Notes under the pieces: generated by a model
Databases searched by the model: none
What the model was told of the DNA's origin: nothing
Seen by the model: the letters and a program-made list of their open reading frames with translations, nothing else
Assembly: GCA_022841795.1 (NCBI GenBank)
Contig: JALHQU010000016.1
Span: forward strand, 3,238-67,237
DNA from: Fimbriiglobus sp.
GTDB taxonomy: Bacteria > Planctomycetota > Planctomycetia > Gemmatales > Gemmataceae
Length of the DNA: 64,000 bases
Reading direction: 5' to 3'
Shown here: in pieces, positions 53,004-61,835 of the stretch
How the letters are laid out: each line of letters starts with the position of its first letter
How positions within the stretch are numbered: position 1 is the stretch's first letter
Made by a program: the position numbers and the translations under genes

Positions 53004-53492
53004 TCACGGCGCGTCGTCCGGCAGGGCGAGCGAGCCGTCCTGCCGGCGGCACTCGATCTCGGCCTCCAAGTGCCCGACCAACTCGTCCGCTTCCCGGCCG
53101 GATGACAGCACGTGCTCCACCCAGAAGATCACTTCCCGGCAGTGCCGCTCGGCGTCGGTCGTCTGCGGGGCGACCGCCCGGAACGCCTCCCACCGGAATT
53201 GCGGCGACCGGCGGTCGATCCGCCGCATGGCGGCGGCCGCTTCGACCAGGGTGCTGGTGCCGTCGATCACCCGCCGGGCGATCTGTCGTCTCTCCTCGGA
53301 GCTGCGGGCGATGTCCGGGCGGGCGTCGCTCCACTCCCACCGCGTCATCTCGGGCGCGGAGTCCGCCAGCCGCTCGGGCGGGGCCGGGGCCGGATGTGGC
53401 CGCAGCAGGTAGCCGGCGGCGATCCCCGCCGTCGCCGTCACCGCGAACGCCAGCAGCGGAACGGACCAGCCGACGAGACGGAACCGGGCCAT
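53004..53492 (-). CDS. hypothetical signal-anchored protein
   Basis: N-terminal TM MARFRLVGWSVPLLAFAVTATAGIAAGYLL. Divergent from the ECF sigma gene. Confidence 0.45.
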   Translation of the reverse strand: MARFRLVGWSVPLLAFAVTATAGIAAGYLLRPHPAPAPPERLADSAPEMTRWEWSDARPDIARSSEERRQIARRVIDGTSTLVEAAAAMRRIDRRSPQFRWEAFRAVAPQTTDAERHCREVIFWVEHVLSSGREADELVGHLEAEIECRRQDGSLALPDDAP

Positions 53493-53635
53493 GTGTCGCC
53501 CTCCGGGTGGGAACGGTGCCTCACCCGGAATAGCGGGGCCGAACGGTCGGTCGGCTACACCGGCGGAATTTCGCTTGACTCGCCGGCCCGCGCCGCGTCT
53601 CCTACAGGCGTCACGTCCGCAGGCGATCCCCGAAC

Positions 53636-54229
53636 ATGGCCGAGTGGAACACCACCCACGTCGAGGCGTGCCTGGCCCGCATCCGCGACGGGGATGCGTC
53701 CGCCCGGGAGGAACTGTTCGCCGCCTGCCGGCGGCGGCTGGAACTGCTGGTCCGCTCCGCACTCCACACCAAGTACCCGAACGTCCGCCGGTTAGCGGAC
53801 ACGCAGGACGTCCTCCAGGATGTGTGCATCCGGTTGGACGCCGCCCTGCAAACGGTCCCCGTCACCACCGCCAAACACTTCCTGTGCCTGGCGTCGAACC
53901 ACATCCGGTACGCGCTGCTCGAGTTCGCCCGCGAGGTCCGCAAGCGGGAGCGGGAGAACGGCCGGCCGCCGGCGGACGACCCGCCGAGCCCGGCGACCGC
54001 CTTCTCGACGGACGAGATGGTGGCGTTCCACGAGGAGGTGGACCGCCTGCCGGCGGACGAGCGGGAGGTGTTCTGGCTCACCTACTACTTCGGGCTGAGC
54101 CGGGACGACACCGCCCGCGTGCTGGGCGTGTCGCTGGGCACGGTGAAGCTGCGGTGGGCGCGGGCGAAGGTGCGGCTGTCCGAGCGGCTGCGGGACCGGC
54201 CGGCCGGTGGATTCGGGGGGAAAATTTAG
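53636..54229 (+). CDS. ECF-type RNA polymerase sigma factor
   Basis: Sigma-70 region 2 (DVLQDVCIRL) and region 4 (DEREVFWLTYYFGLSRDDTARVLGVSLGTVKLRWARAKVRL). Confidence 0.8.
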   Translation: MAEWNTTHVEACLARIRDGDASAREELFAACRRRLELLVRSALHTKYPNVRRLADTQDVLQDVCIRLDAALQTVPVTTAKHFLCLASNHIRYALLEFAREVRKRERENGRPPADDPPSPATAFSTDEMVAFHEEVDRLPADEREVFWLTYYFGLSRDDTARVLGVSLGTVKLRWARAKVRLSERLRDRPAGGFGGKI

Positions 54230-54292
54230 CCGTTCGCCGGCCGGCCCCCGCTATCCCCTGTAGCGGGCATTGCGCCCCGCACGGGAGTTGCC

Positions 54293-56326
54293 ATGAGTGG
54301 GGACGAGCCGCTGGACGAACGGCTGGTCGAGTGGGCGCTGGCCCACGACGACGACGGCGGCGCCACCCCGCCCGCCGGCGACACCGCCGGCAGCAGCGAG
54401 CCGCTGGCCCCCGAGTTCCGGGCGCTCAGTCGGTTCTGCCGGCTGCTGGACCTGGCCGACCCGCCCGCCGACGCCGCGGCCGATGACCCGCCGCGGGAGC
54501 CGGTGAACGGCCGGTACACGCGGCTCGAATTGCTCGGGCGGGGCGGCAGCGGGGTGGTGTACAAGGCGTGGGACACGGAGCTGGCCGAGTACGTCGCGCT
54601 CAAGTTCCTGCGGACGGCCGCCCTCGCCCGCATCAAACAGGAGGCGCAGATCCTGGCCAGCCTGCGGCACCCGCACATCGTGACCATTCACGACATCGCC
54701 ACCGACGCCGCCGACGGTCGGCCGTTCCTGCGGCTGAGCTGGGTGAGCGGGGGCAGCCTGGCGTCCCGGCTGAAAGAGTTCGTCGGCCGGCCGGCGAAGG
54801 CGGCGAGGCTGATGGAGCAGGTGGCCCGGGCCATCCAGCACGCCCACGCCCACCCCGCCCATCACGTTTACCACCTCGACCTGAAGCCGGGCAACATCCT
54901 GCTGGACGGGAACGGGAACGCCCTCGTGGCCGACTTCGGCATCGCCAAGCTGGTGCGGCCGGCGGGCGACCCGTTCATGCCGGCCGCGGGCGTCGGGTGG
55001 TCGCCCGAAGACACCCGCACGTTCCAGCAGGGCACCCTGCCGTACATGGCGCCGGAGCGGTTCGGGGCGGGCGGCACGGCCGGAGCCGCCGCCGACGTGT
55101 GGGCCATCGGCGTCGTCCTGTACGAGCTGCTCACCGGCCGCCGCCCGTTCGACGGCCGCACCCACGAGGAATGGGAACAGGCCATCCGCACCCAGACGCC
55201 CGTTCGCCCGCGGCTGGTCAACCGCCGCATCCCCCGCGACCTGGAGCGGATCTGCCTGAAGTGCCTGGCCAAGCGGCCGGAGGACCGCTGGGCGACGGCC
55301 GGGGCGGTGGCCGACGCCCTCCGCGCGGCTCTCCAGCGGGAGGAGGAGTACCGGCGGTACCGCCGTTTCGCCCTGATGGCCGGGCTGGCCGTCGTGGTCG
55401 CCGCGGTTGGGGTGATACTCGCCGCGCAGTTCACGCCCGAAGCCCGACACCGGCGACAGGTGACGGCCGCGCAGCAGAGGCTGACGGACACCGGCACGCT
55501 GGACCTGTTGACCGCCGGGGCGGGAGGGAAGGCGCTGGCGGTGAAGCGGTACGGGGTGGAGGCGACCGACCTGCGGCAAATCGCCGACGGGTTGCGGATC
55601 GACACCCCGCTCGATGCCAGTCTGATCGAAATGCTGTCCGCGGTGCCGGGGGAGCGGTTCACCATCCGAGCCGAAGTCCGCATCGACTGGAATCGGGACG
55701 GGCGAGGCAAGATCGGCGTGTACTGCCGCCACGCCGCTGCCACCACCGTCGCCGGTCCGCAGCACTTGCTGGAAGGGTTGTTCCTCTCGGGCGACACGGA
55801 CGCCAATCTGCTGAAAGCGGTTATGCAACCGCGATGGTACGGGGCGGCACACGCCCCGGCCGAACGCAACCAGCGGGAGATCAGCCCGGCGTACCTCAAG
55901 GGCACGAAGCAGCGATACGTCCGCGAGGTGCCCGGCATCCGGTTCGGCCCGGCCCCCGGAAGCACGATTCAGGTGTCGGGTCGCCCCGATCAGTCGCCGA
56001 CACCGCCGACGAAAGTTCAGCACATGAACAGCAAGACCGGGGAACGGACCGACGTCCCCGACCCGGCAGGTGACGTGTGGTGGGAACTGACGGTGTCGGT
56101 TTCCCCCGGCGGCACGACCGCATCCTGGAATCCGGCCGGCGGGCTTCCGCTCGGCCCGATCACGGCGGCCGACCGCCAATTGATCCTTGATGAGGCCCGC
56201 CGGAGATATCCGGATGTGGCGACGACCGACCCCGGCCGGTGGAACGGCACGGGGGTCGGCCTGTACGCCGCCTCGGTGCGATGCACGGTTCGAAAGTTCG
56301 AACTGACCCTCGACTCCGGCGAGTGA
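54293..56326 (+). CDS. serine/threonine protein kinase with TM segment and extracytoplasmic C-terminal domain
   Basis: LGRGGSGVVYKA, HLDLKPGNILLD, DFGIAK, PYMAPE. TM helix FALMAGLAVVVAAVGVILAAQF. Adjacent to the ECF sigma gene, as in planctomycete ECF-STK pairs. Confidence 0.85.
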   Translation: MSGDEPLDERLVEWALAHDDDGGATPPAGDTAGSSEPLAPEFRALSRFCRLLDLADPPADAAADDPPREPVNGRYTRLELLGRGGSGVVYKAWDTELAEYVALKFLRTAALARIKQEAQILASLRHPHIVTIHDIATDAADGRPFLRLSWVSGGSLASRLKEFVGRPAKAARLMEQVARAIQHAHAHPAHHVYHLDLKPGNILLDGNGNALVADFGIAKLVRPAGDPFMPAAGVGWSPEDTRTFQQGTLPYMAPERFGAGGTAGAAADVWAIGVVLYELLTGRRPFDGRTHEEWEQAIRTQTPVRPRLVNRRIPRDLERICLKCLAKRPEDRWATAGAVADALRAALQREEEYRRYRRFALMAGLAVVVAAVGVILAAQFTPEARHRRQVTAAQQRLTDTGTLDLLTAGAGGKALAVKRYGVEATDLRQIADGLRIDTPLDASLIEMLSAVPGERFTIRAEVRIDWNRDGRGKIGVYCRHAAATTVAGPQHLLEGLFLSGDTDANLLKAVMQPRWYGAAHAPAERNQREISPAYLKGTKQRYVREVPGIRFGPAPGSTIQVSGRPDQSPTPPTKVQHMNSKTGERTDVPDPAGDVWWELTVSVSPGGTTASWNPAGGLPLGPITAADRQLILDEARRRYPDVATTDPGRWNGTGVGLYAASVRCTVRKFELTLDSGE

Positions 56327-56350
56327 GTCGAACCCCTACGGAGCGCGACG

Positions 56351-56644
56351 ATGGCTGACAAAACGGTCGAGGTCGAAGAGGTGAACGGGCAGATCGTGGT
56401 GACGATCACCGGGGAGCAGTACGACAAACCGCCCACGATCATCACCGAATCGAACGGCAAGAGGGTGAACCACCCGACGGCCGGGACGGCGAACCAGGAG
56501 AAGGAACAGGGTGTGTTCAAGGCGAACGCGGCGATCCTCGCAGGCGCCAGCCGCACAGTGACGGTGGAGTGCAGCGGGCAGGTGTTCGTGGTGACACTGC
56601 CGGCGAACGGGGTGCGTGTGAAGGCGATCGAAAAGGTGCGGTGA
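56351..56644 (+). CDS. small hypothetical protein (97 aa)
   Basis: Non-biased composition. Followed by a GC-rich hairpin at about 56705-56735. Confidence 0.45.
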   Translation: MADKTVEVEEVNGQIVVTITGEQYDKPPTIITESNGKRVNHPTAGTANQEKEQGVFKANAAILAGASRTVTVECSGQVFVVTLPANGVRVKAIEKVR

Positions 56645-57067
56645 AGTCGTCACCCCCGAATGACTCGGCGGACGGGACCCCCGCGTCCGCCGTCTACTTC
56701 TCGGGTCGAGGCCGTTTGCGGCCCGACCCGAATCGCGGTCAGGTCGGTGTCAGTTTTCACGCCCGTCGGTGTCCCGCATTCTCCTGGCAACACGCCAAGG
56801 CGGGTGGGTCTGTTAACCCCGTGATGCCGTTCGGCAACTGTCGGAAAAAAACCGTCCGAACTGCCGGCCTATCGAAGCCTCTCACCGATTCCCGGTTGCG
56901 TTCCGACAGATTCGTCGATCTGCCGACGTACTGTTCGACACCGCCGGCCCCGTGCCCGCGGCCCGCCCGGTCGTCGCAGTCCCCCCCCTCCTCCAGACGC
57001 CCCGGTGGCCGCGCAGCCTCGCGCCGGCCGGCTGACAGCCGCTTGTCACACACCTGGAGGTCGCGTC

Positions 57068-58066
57068 ATGAGTTCGTGGCAAAGTCCGTCCGCCCCGCTG
57101 CGGGTGGAATCGCTGGAAGATCGGTCCGTTCCCGCCGTCCTCGACCTGTCCGCCGCCGGGGCGTCCGGCTTCCTGAACGGCGCGCTGTTCAGCCAGTTCG
57201 ACGGCCGCACGGTGGAACGCGGCGCGCTGGACACGTTCCTCCGCATGAACGACGGCGGCCGCACCCTTCAGGGGTTCAACTCGGACGCCCGGCGGGTGCA
57301 GTTCGACGAGGTGTCCAGCCGCACCCTGAACCACGCTCTCCGGATCGCCGACCTGCCGCAGGTGACGGTCGCCGGGGTGAAGTACCGGCAGCTGGTGCTG
57401 GACGTGAAGCAGCCGTGGTACAGCCCGAGCGTGTCGCTCGACGAGCTGCGGCTGTACGTGTCCGACTCGCCCGCCCTGAAGGGGTACCGGGCGGCCACCG
57501 GCAAGCTGGGCGGGCTGACCGCGGTGTACGACCTGGACGCCGGCGGGGACAACTGGGTGCGGCTGAACGCCCGGCGGAACGGGGGCAACGACCGCGGGGA
57601 CATGCTGCTGCTGGTGCCGGAGGCGGTGCTCGGCGGCGGCACCCACCTGACCGTGTACTCGAAGTTCGGGGCGACCGCGTCCGCCCGGTTCGGGGAGGTG
57701 AGCTGGTCGTACGGCAAGACCGGGGCGGTCGGCGACTTCCCGCCGCCGAACGAGACCGGCAGCATCAGCGGGGTGGTGTTCCAGGACTTCAACAACGACG
57801 GGGTGCTGGACCCGGACGAGCCGCTGGCGGCCGGGTACGTGGTGTGGCTGGACACCAACGACAACGGGGTGGTGGACGACGGCGAACAGAGCACCACCAG
57901 CGACGCGAACGGGTCGTACCAGTTCGAGAACCTGACCGCCGACCTGACCTACAACGTGCGGGCGCTCAACTTCAACGGCACCGCCACCGGCTCGCGGTTC
58001 GTGTTCGTCGGCCCCGGCGACGCGATCGGCGGGGTGGATCTGGGCATCTTCGCCCCGCCGTCGTGA
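57068..58066 (+). CDS. extracellular-type protein with SdrD-B/Cna-B-like C-terminal domain and N-terminal ESLEDRSVPAVLDL motif (332 aa)
   Basis: Paralog of 32348..33346 (same length, collinear). C-terminal GVVFQDFNNDGVLDPDE...SDANGSYQFENL. Confidence 0.65.
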   Translation: MSSWQSPSAPLRVESLEDRSVPAVLDLSAAGASGFLNGALFSQFDGRTVERGALDTFLRMNDGGRTLQGFNSDARRVQFDEVSSRTLNHALRIADLPQVTVAGVKYRQLVLDVKQPWYSPSVSLDELRLYVSDSPALKGYRAATGKLGGLTAVYDLDAGGDNWVRLNARRNGGNDRGDMLLLVPEAVLGGGTHLTVYSKFGATASARFGEVSWSYGKTGAVGDFPPPNETGSISGVVFQDFNNDGVLDPDEPLAAGYVVWLDTNDNGVVDDGEQSTTSDANGSYQFENLTADLTYNVRALNFNGTATGSRFVFVGPGDAIGGVDLGIFAPPS

Positions 58067-58154
58067 CCGGAAACGTCACCTTCGGGGCGGGCCGATCCGC
58101 CGGCGGCGGGCTACAGCTATTCCCGTAGCCCGCCGCCCGCCTGCCGGACTGCCG

Positions 58155-59042
58155 ATGCCCGCCCGCCATTTCCCGTTCTGGACCCGCCTGGAAGGGGCCG
58201 TCGCCCGCTGGCCGCTCGGGCCGTTCGTCCTCCGCTGCTGGCACTGGGTCCGCAAGAAGCGGCAGGTGTTCCGCTGGCGGGCGATGAAGCGGACGTGGCC
58301 CACCTCGCTGCGGAACTTCGAGAAGAAGGTGTTCTCCCAGAACGGCGAGGACGGCATCGTCGAGGAGATTTTCCGCCGCATCGGCACCACGAACCAGACG
58401 GTGGTCGAGTTCGGCGTCGAGGACGGCGTCGAGTGCAACGCCCGCTACCTGGTCGAGCGACTGGGGTGGACGGCGGTGCTGCTCGACGGGTGGGACGTGG
58501 GGGTGCGGAAGGCCCGCGAACTGTACACCGGCCGGCCGGTGACGGTGGCCGAGGCGTTCATCACCGCCGAGAACATCGTCGAGCTGTTCCGGGCGAACGG
58601 GGTGCCGACCGAGCCGGACCTGGTGGTGGTGGACATCGACAGCAACGACTACTGGGTGTTGCAGGCCATCCTGAAGCAGTTCCGCCCGCGGGCGCTGGTG
58701 GTCGAGTACAACGCCCGGTTCACCCCGCCCACCCGCTGGGTGATGCCCTACGACCCGACCTACGTGTGGGACCGGTCGGTGTACTGCGGGGCGTCGCTGC
58801 AGTCCCTCGCCGACCTGGGGAAGGAGTACGGGTACAGCGTGGTCGGGTGCGACTACCAGGGGGTGAACACGTTCCTCGTCCGCGACGACCTTCTCGCCGA
58901 TCACTTCCCGGACGTGTCGCAGCCGCTGGCGTACCACTACATGGCCCCGCTGTTCACCCACGGGTACGGGCACCCGGTGAACCCGCCGCCGCCGAAGCCG
59001 CCGGCGCGGGGGCTGGCCCCGGCCGGGGCGGCCGTCGGGTAG
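58155..59042 (+). CDS. FkbM-family methyltransferase-like protein
   Basis: FSQNGEDGIVEEIF motif near the N-terminus, as I recall for FkbM-type methyltransferases. An alternative start at 58284 (MKRTWP) is possible. Confidence 0.4.
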   Translation: MPARHFPFWTRLEGAVARWPLGPFVLRCWHWVRKKRQVFRWRAMKRTWPTSLRNFEKKVFSQNGEDGIVEEIFRRIGTTNQTVVEFGVEDGVECNARYLVERLGWTAVLLDGWDVGVRKARELYTGRPVTVAEAFITAENIVELFRANGVPTEPDLVVVDIDSNDYWVLQAILKQFRPRALVVEYNARFTPPTRWVMPYDPTYVWDRSVYCGASLQSLADLGKEYGYSVVGCDYQGVNTFLVRDDLLADHFPDVSQPLAYHYMAPLFTHGYGHPVNPPPPKPPARGLAPAGAAVG

Positions 59043-59064
59043 AATGACGGCGGGAGGGCGAACG

Positions 59065-59370
59065 ATGAACATGAAACTCGAATTCGACGTGACGCTGACC
59101 CAGCACGAGTCCGGGGCGTACCTGGCGTCGTGCGAGGAGTTCCCAGGTAAAATGGGCATCGGCGACACGCCCGAGCAGGCGGTGGCCGACCTGCGGGCGT
59201 TCGTCCTCACCCCGGTGCCGCCGATCCCGCCGGTCCCGGCCGCGACCACCGGGAGCGGGTGGGAGGCGGTCATCGGCACCTGGAAGGACAACCCGTTCTT
59301 CGACGAGTGGCGGAAGGCGGTGGAAGAGTACCGCGAGGCGAAGGATCGTGAGGAGGGGATCGAGCGATGA
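59065..59370 (+). CDS. HicB-like (UPF0150 fold) antitoxin
   Basis: MKLEFDVTLTQHESGAYLASCEEFPGKMGIGDTPEQAVADL. GGGAGGG Shine-Dalgarno upstream of the ATG at 59065. ATGA overlap with the downstream PIN gene. Confidence 0.55.
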   Translation: MNMKLEFDVTLTQHESGAYLASCEEFPGKMGIGDTPEQAVADLRAFVLTPVPPIPPVPAATTGSGWEAVIGTWKDNPFFDEWRKAVEEYREAKDREEGIER

Positions 59371-59795
59371 AGCTGTACGCCCTCGACACCAGCGTCATCG
59401 GGCTGGCGTTCGCCGAGGCGGAACCGGTCACCACCCGCATCCGCGCCCAGCCACACGGAGCGGTTCAGACCACCGCCGTCACGCTGGAGGAATCGTTGAG
59501 CGGCTGGTACACGTTCCTCCGGAAGGCGAAGCAGCCGTCGGTCGTCGAGCGGGCGTACGCCGAGTTGGTCGGCACCGTCACCAACTTCTCGAAGCTGCCG
59601 ATCCTGCCGTACAACCAACTCGCGATCGCCAGGTACGAGGGGTTGCTCCGGTTGAAGCTGAACGTGCGGAAGGACGATCTCCGCATCGCCGCCGTCGCCC
59701 TCGTTCACAACGCCACCGTCGTCACCGCCAACGTCCGCGACTTCACCCGCGTGCCCGGTCTGCAAGTCGAGGACTGGACCCAGCCCGCCGCCTGA
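59367..59795 (+). CDS. vapC: PIN-domain toxin VapC
   Basis: MKLYALDTSVIG N-terminal acidic motif. C-terminal ATVVTANVRDF PIN block. Confidence 0.7.
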   Translation: MKLYALDTSVIGLAFAEAEPVTTRIRAQPHGAVQTTAVTLEESLSGWYTFLRKAKQPSVVERAYAELVGTVTNFSKLPILPYNQLAIARYEGLLRLKLNVRKDDLRIAAVALVHNATVVTANVRDFTRVPGLQVEDWTQPAA

Positions 59796-59869
59796 CCGCC
59801 GTTTCATCTCCCGCCGCCCCCGCCGGGTGAGGTACAATTCAGCATCATCGGCCGCACGAGGTCCGCCCC

Positions 59870-60973
59870 GTGGGACAGAAAATCGAGAAAGACCTGCAGC
59901 GGTTCCGCAAGCTCGTCCGCGGCAAGGTGAAGTCCAACCTGTCCAAGTACATCGGGCGGGGGGAGATGATCGGCAAGAAGGGGAACGACCTGGTGTCCAT
60001 CCCCATGCCGAGCATCAACCCGCCGCAGTTCCGGTTCGGGCAGAAGGGGTCCGGCGGCGTCGGGGTGGGCGACGGCAAGCCCGGCCAGCCGCTCACCCAG
60101 CCGCAGGGCGAGGACGGCGACCCGCAGGCCGGGGACAGCCCCGGCGGGCACATCCTGGAGGTGGAGCTGACGATGGAGGAGCTGGCCGAGATCCTCGGCG
60201 AGGAGCTGGCCCTGCCGCGGATCGAACCCCGCGGGAAGAAGAACATCGTCAGCGTGAAGGACCGGTACAGCAGCATCCGCACCGTCGGCCCGGAGAGCCT
60301 ACGGCACTACAAGCGGACGTACAAGCAGGCACTGAAGCGGCAGATCAGCGCGGGGGTGTACGACCCGAGCCGGCCGGTGGTCATCCCCGAGCGGGAGGAC
60401 AAGCGGTACCGCAGCTGGAAGGAGTTCCCCAAGCCGGAGGCGGTGGCGGCGGTCATCTACATGATGGACGTGTCCGGCAGCATGACGGACGAGCAGAAGG
60501 AGATCGTGCGGATCGAGAGCTTCTGGATCGACACCTGGATCAAGGCCCACTACAAGGGGGTGGACCGGGTGTACATCATCCACGACGCCGCCGCGCACGA
60601 GGTGGACGAGCACACGTTCTACCACACCCGCGAGAGCGGGGGGACGAAGATCAGCACCGCCTACGAGCTGGCCAACCGGGTGGTCGACGCCCGCTACCCG
60701 CCGAGCGAGTGGAACGTGTACGCCTTCCACTTCTCCGACGGGGACAACTGGGGGGACGACAACCCGAAGTGCCTGGCGCTGCTGAAGGAACACCTGCTGC
60801 CCAAGCTGAACCTGTTCGGGTACGGGCAGGTGGAGTCGCCGTACGGCAGCGGCGAGTTCATGGAGACGGTGGAGGGGCTGGTGGGCGAGTTCGAGAACGT
60901 GGTGGCCAGCCGCATCCCCGACCGCGAGGCGATTCTCGGCAGCATCAAAGAGTTCCTGAGCACCGGGCGGTGA
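59870..60973 (+). CDS. DUF444 (YeaH/YhbH, UPF0229) family protein
   Basis: N-terminal [15 protein letters not shown] and central [15 protein letters not shown] (vWA-like MIDAS) typical of DUF444. Confidence 0.75.
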   Translation: MGQKIEKDLQRFRKLVRGKVKSNLSKYIGRGEMIGKKGNDLVSIPMPSINPPQFRFGQKGSGGVGVGDGKPGQPLTQPQGEDGDPQAGDSPGGHILEVELTMEELAEILGEELALPRIEPRGKKNIVSVKDRYSSIRTVGPESLRHYKRTYKQALKRQISAGVYDPSRPVVIPEREDKRYRSWKEFPKPEAVAAVIYMMDVSGSMTDEQKEIVRIESFWIDTWIKAHYKGVDRVYIIHDAAAHEVDEHTFYHTRESGGTKISTAYELANRVVDARYPPSEWNVYAFHFSDGDNWGDDNPKCLALLKEHLLPKLNLFGYGQVESPYGSGEFMETVEGLVGEFENVVASRIPDREAILGSIKEFLSTGR

Positions 60974-61091
60974 ACCTCAGCCGGTCGGCGTGCGTACTAT
61001 CCGCACCCGCCGGTTCCCGCCGCCGCCCCGCGTCGCTACAGTGAAGAACTGGCAGAATCTTCCCCCCGCCCCATCCGAGGAGCGATCTCCC

Positions 61092-61757
61092 ATGCGGAAA
61101 CTGACGTTCGGCCTGCTGTTCGCCCTGGCCGTCGGCTTCGTCGTCGCACAAGACCCCGCCAAGAAGGAAGAGCCGAAGAAGGACGAGACCAAGAAAGAGG
61201 AGCCGAAGAAGGACACCCCGCCGGCCGCGGCCGCCGTCACATCCGACTACTACCCGCTGGCCAAGGGCACCAAGTGGACGTACACGATGGGCCAGACGGA
61301 AGTGCAGGTGGAGGTGACGGATGTGACCGGCGGTGAAGCCAAGCTGGTCACCAAGCACTCGAACAAGGTGGTGGCGGACGAGAACATCAAGGTGACGGCC
61401 GACGGGGTGTACCGCACCAAGGTGAACAACACGCCGATCGAACCGCCGGTGAAGCTGCTCGGCCTGAAAGAAGGGAAGGCGACCAAGGGCGAGAAGTGGG
61501 ACGTGAAGTCGAAGGTGCAACAGACGGAGGTGAGCGGCAACTTCGAGGTGAAGGACACGGCCGCGACGGTGAAGATCGGCGAAAAGGAGTACAAGGACGT
61601 GGCTTACGTCGAAGGGCCGAAGTTCATGATCGCCGGCACCGAGACGGCCGTGCGGTACTGGTTCGCCCCGAAGTCCGGGATCGTGAAGCTGAGCTACACC
61701 ATCGGCGGGCAGGACTCCGCCCCGCTCGAACTGAAGACGTTCGAAGCCGGCAAGTGA
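61092..61757 (+). CDS. secreted hypothetical protein with KE-rich N-terminal linker
   Basis: Signal peptide MRKLTFGLLFALAVGFVVAQ followed by KKEEPKKDETKKEEPKKD. Start trimmed from 60990. Confidence 0.55.
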   Translation: MRKLTFGLLFALAVGFVVAQDPAKKEEPKKDETKKEEPKKDTPPAAAAVTSDYYPLAKGTKWTYTMGQTEVQVEVTDVTGGEAKLVTKHSNKVVADENIKVTADGVYRTKVNNTPIEPPVKLLGLKEGKATKGEKWDVKSKVQQTEVSGNFEVKDTAATVKIGEKEYKDVAYVEGPKFMIAGTETAVRYWFAPKSGIVKLSYTIGGQDSAPLELKTFEAGK

Positions 61758-61765
61758 GTTGAACA

Positions 61766-61832
61766 GGCGAGCCGGGAGCGTGAGCGACCGGAGGAATTCC
61801 TGACCTCCGGTCGCTCACGCTCCCGGCTCGCC
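61766..61832. terminator. 29-bp perfect-stem hairpin between convergent genes (bidirectional terminator)
   Basis: GGCGAGCCGGGAGCGTGAGCGACCGGAGG-AATTCCTGA-CCTCCGGTCGCTCACGCTCCCGGCTCGCC, followed by ATTTCATT. Confidence 0.7.
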
Positions 61833-61835
61833 ATT

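Noticed and set aside
54251-56179. 642-aa ORF antisense to the Ser/Thr kinase
   Set aside because: The kinase motifs (HLDLKPGN, DFG, APE) fix the true strand.
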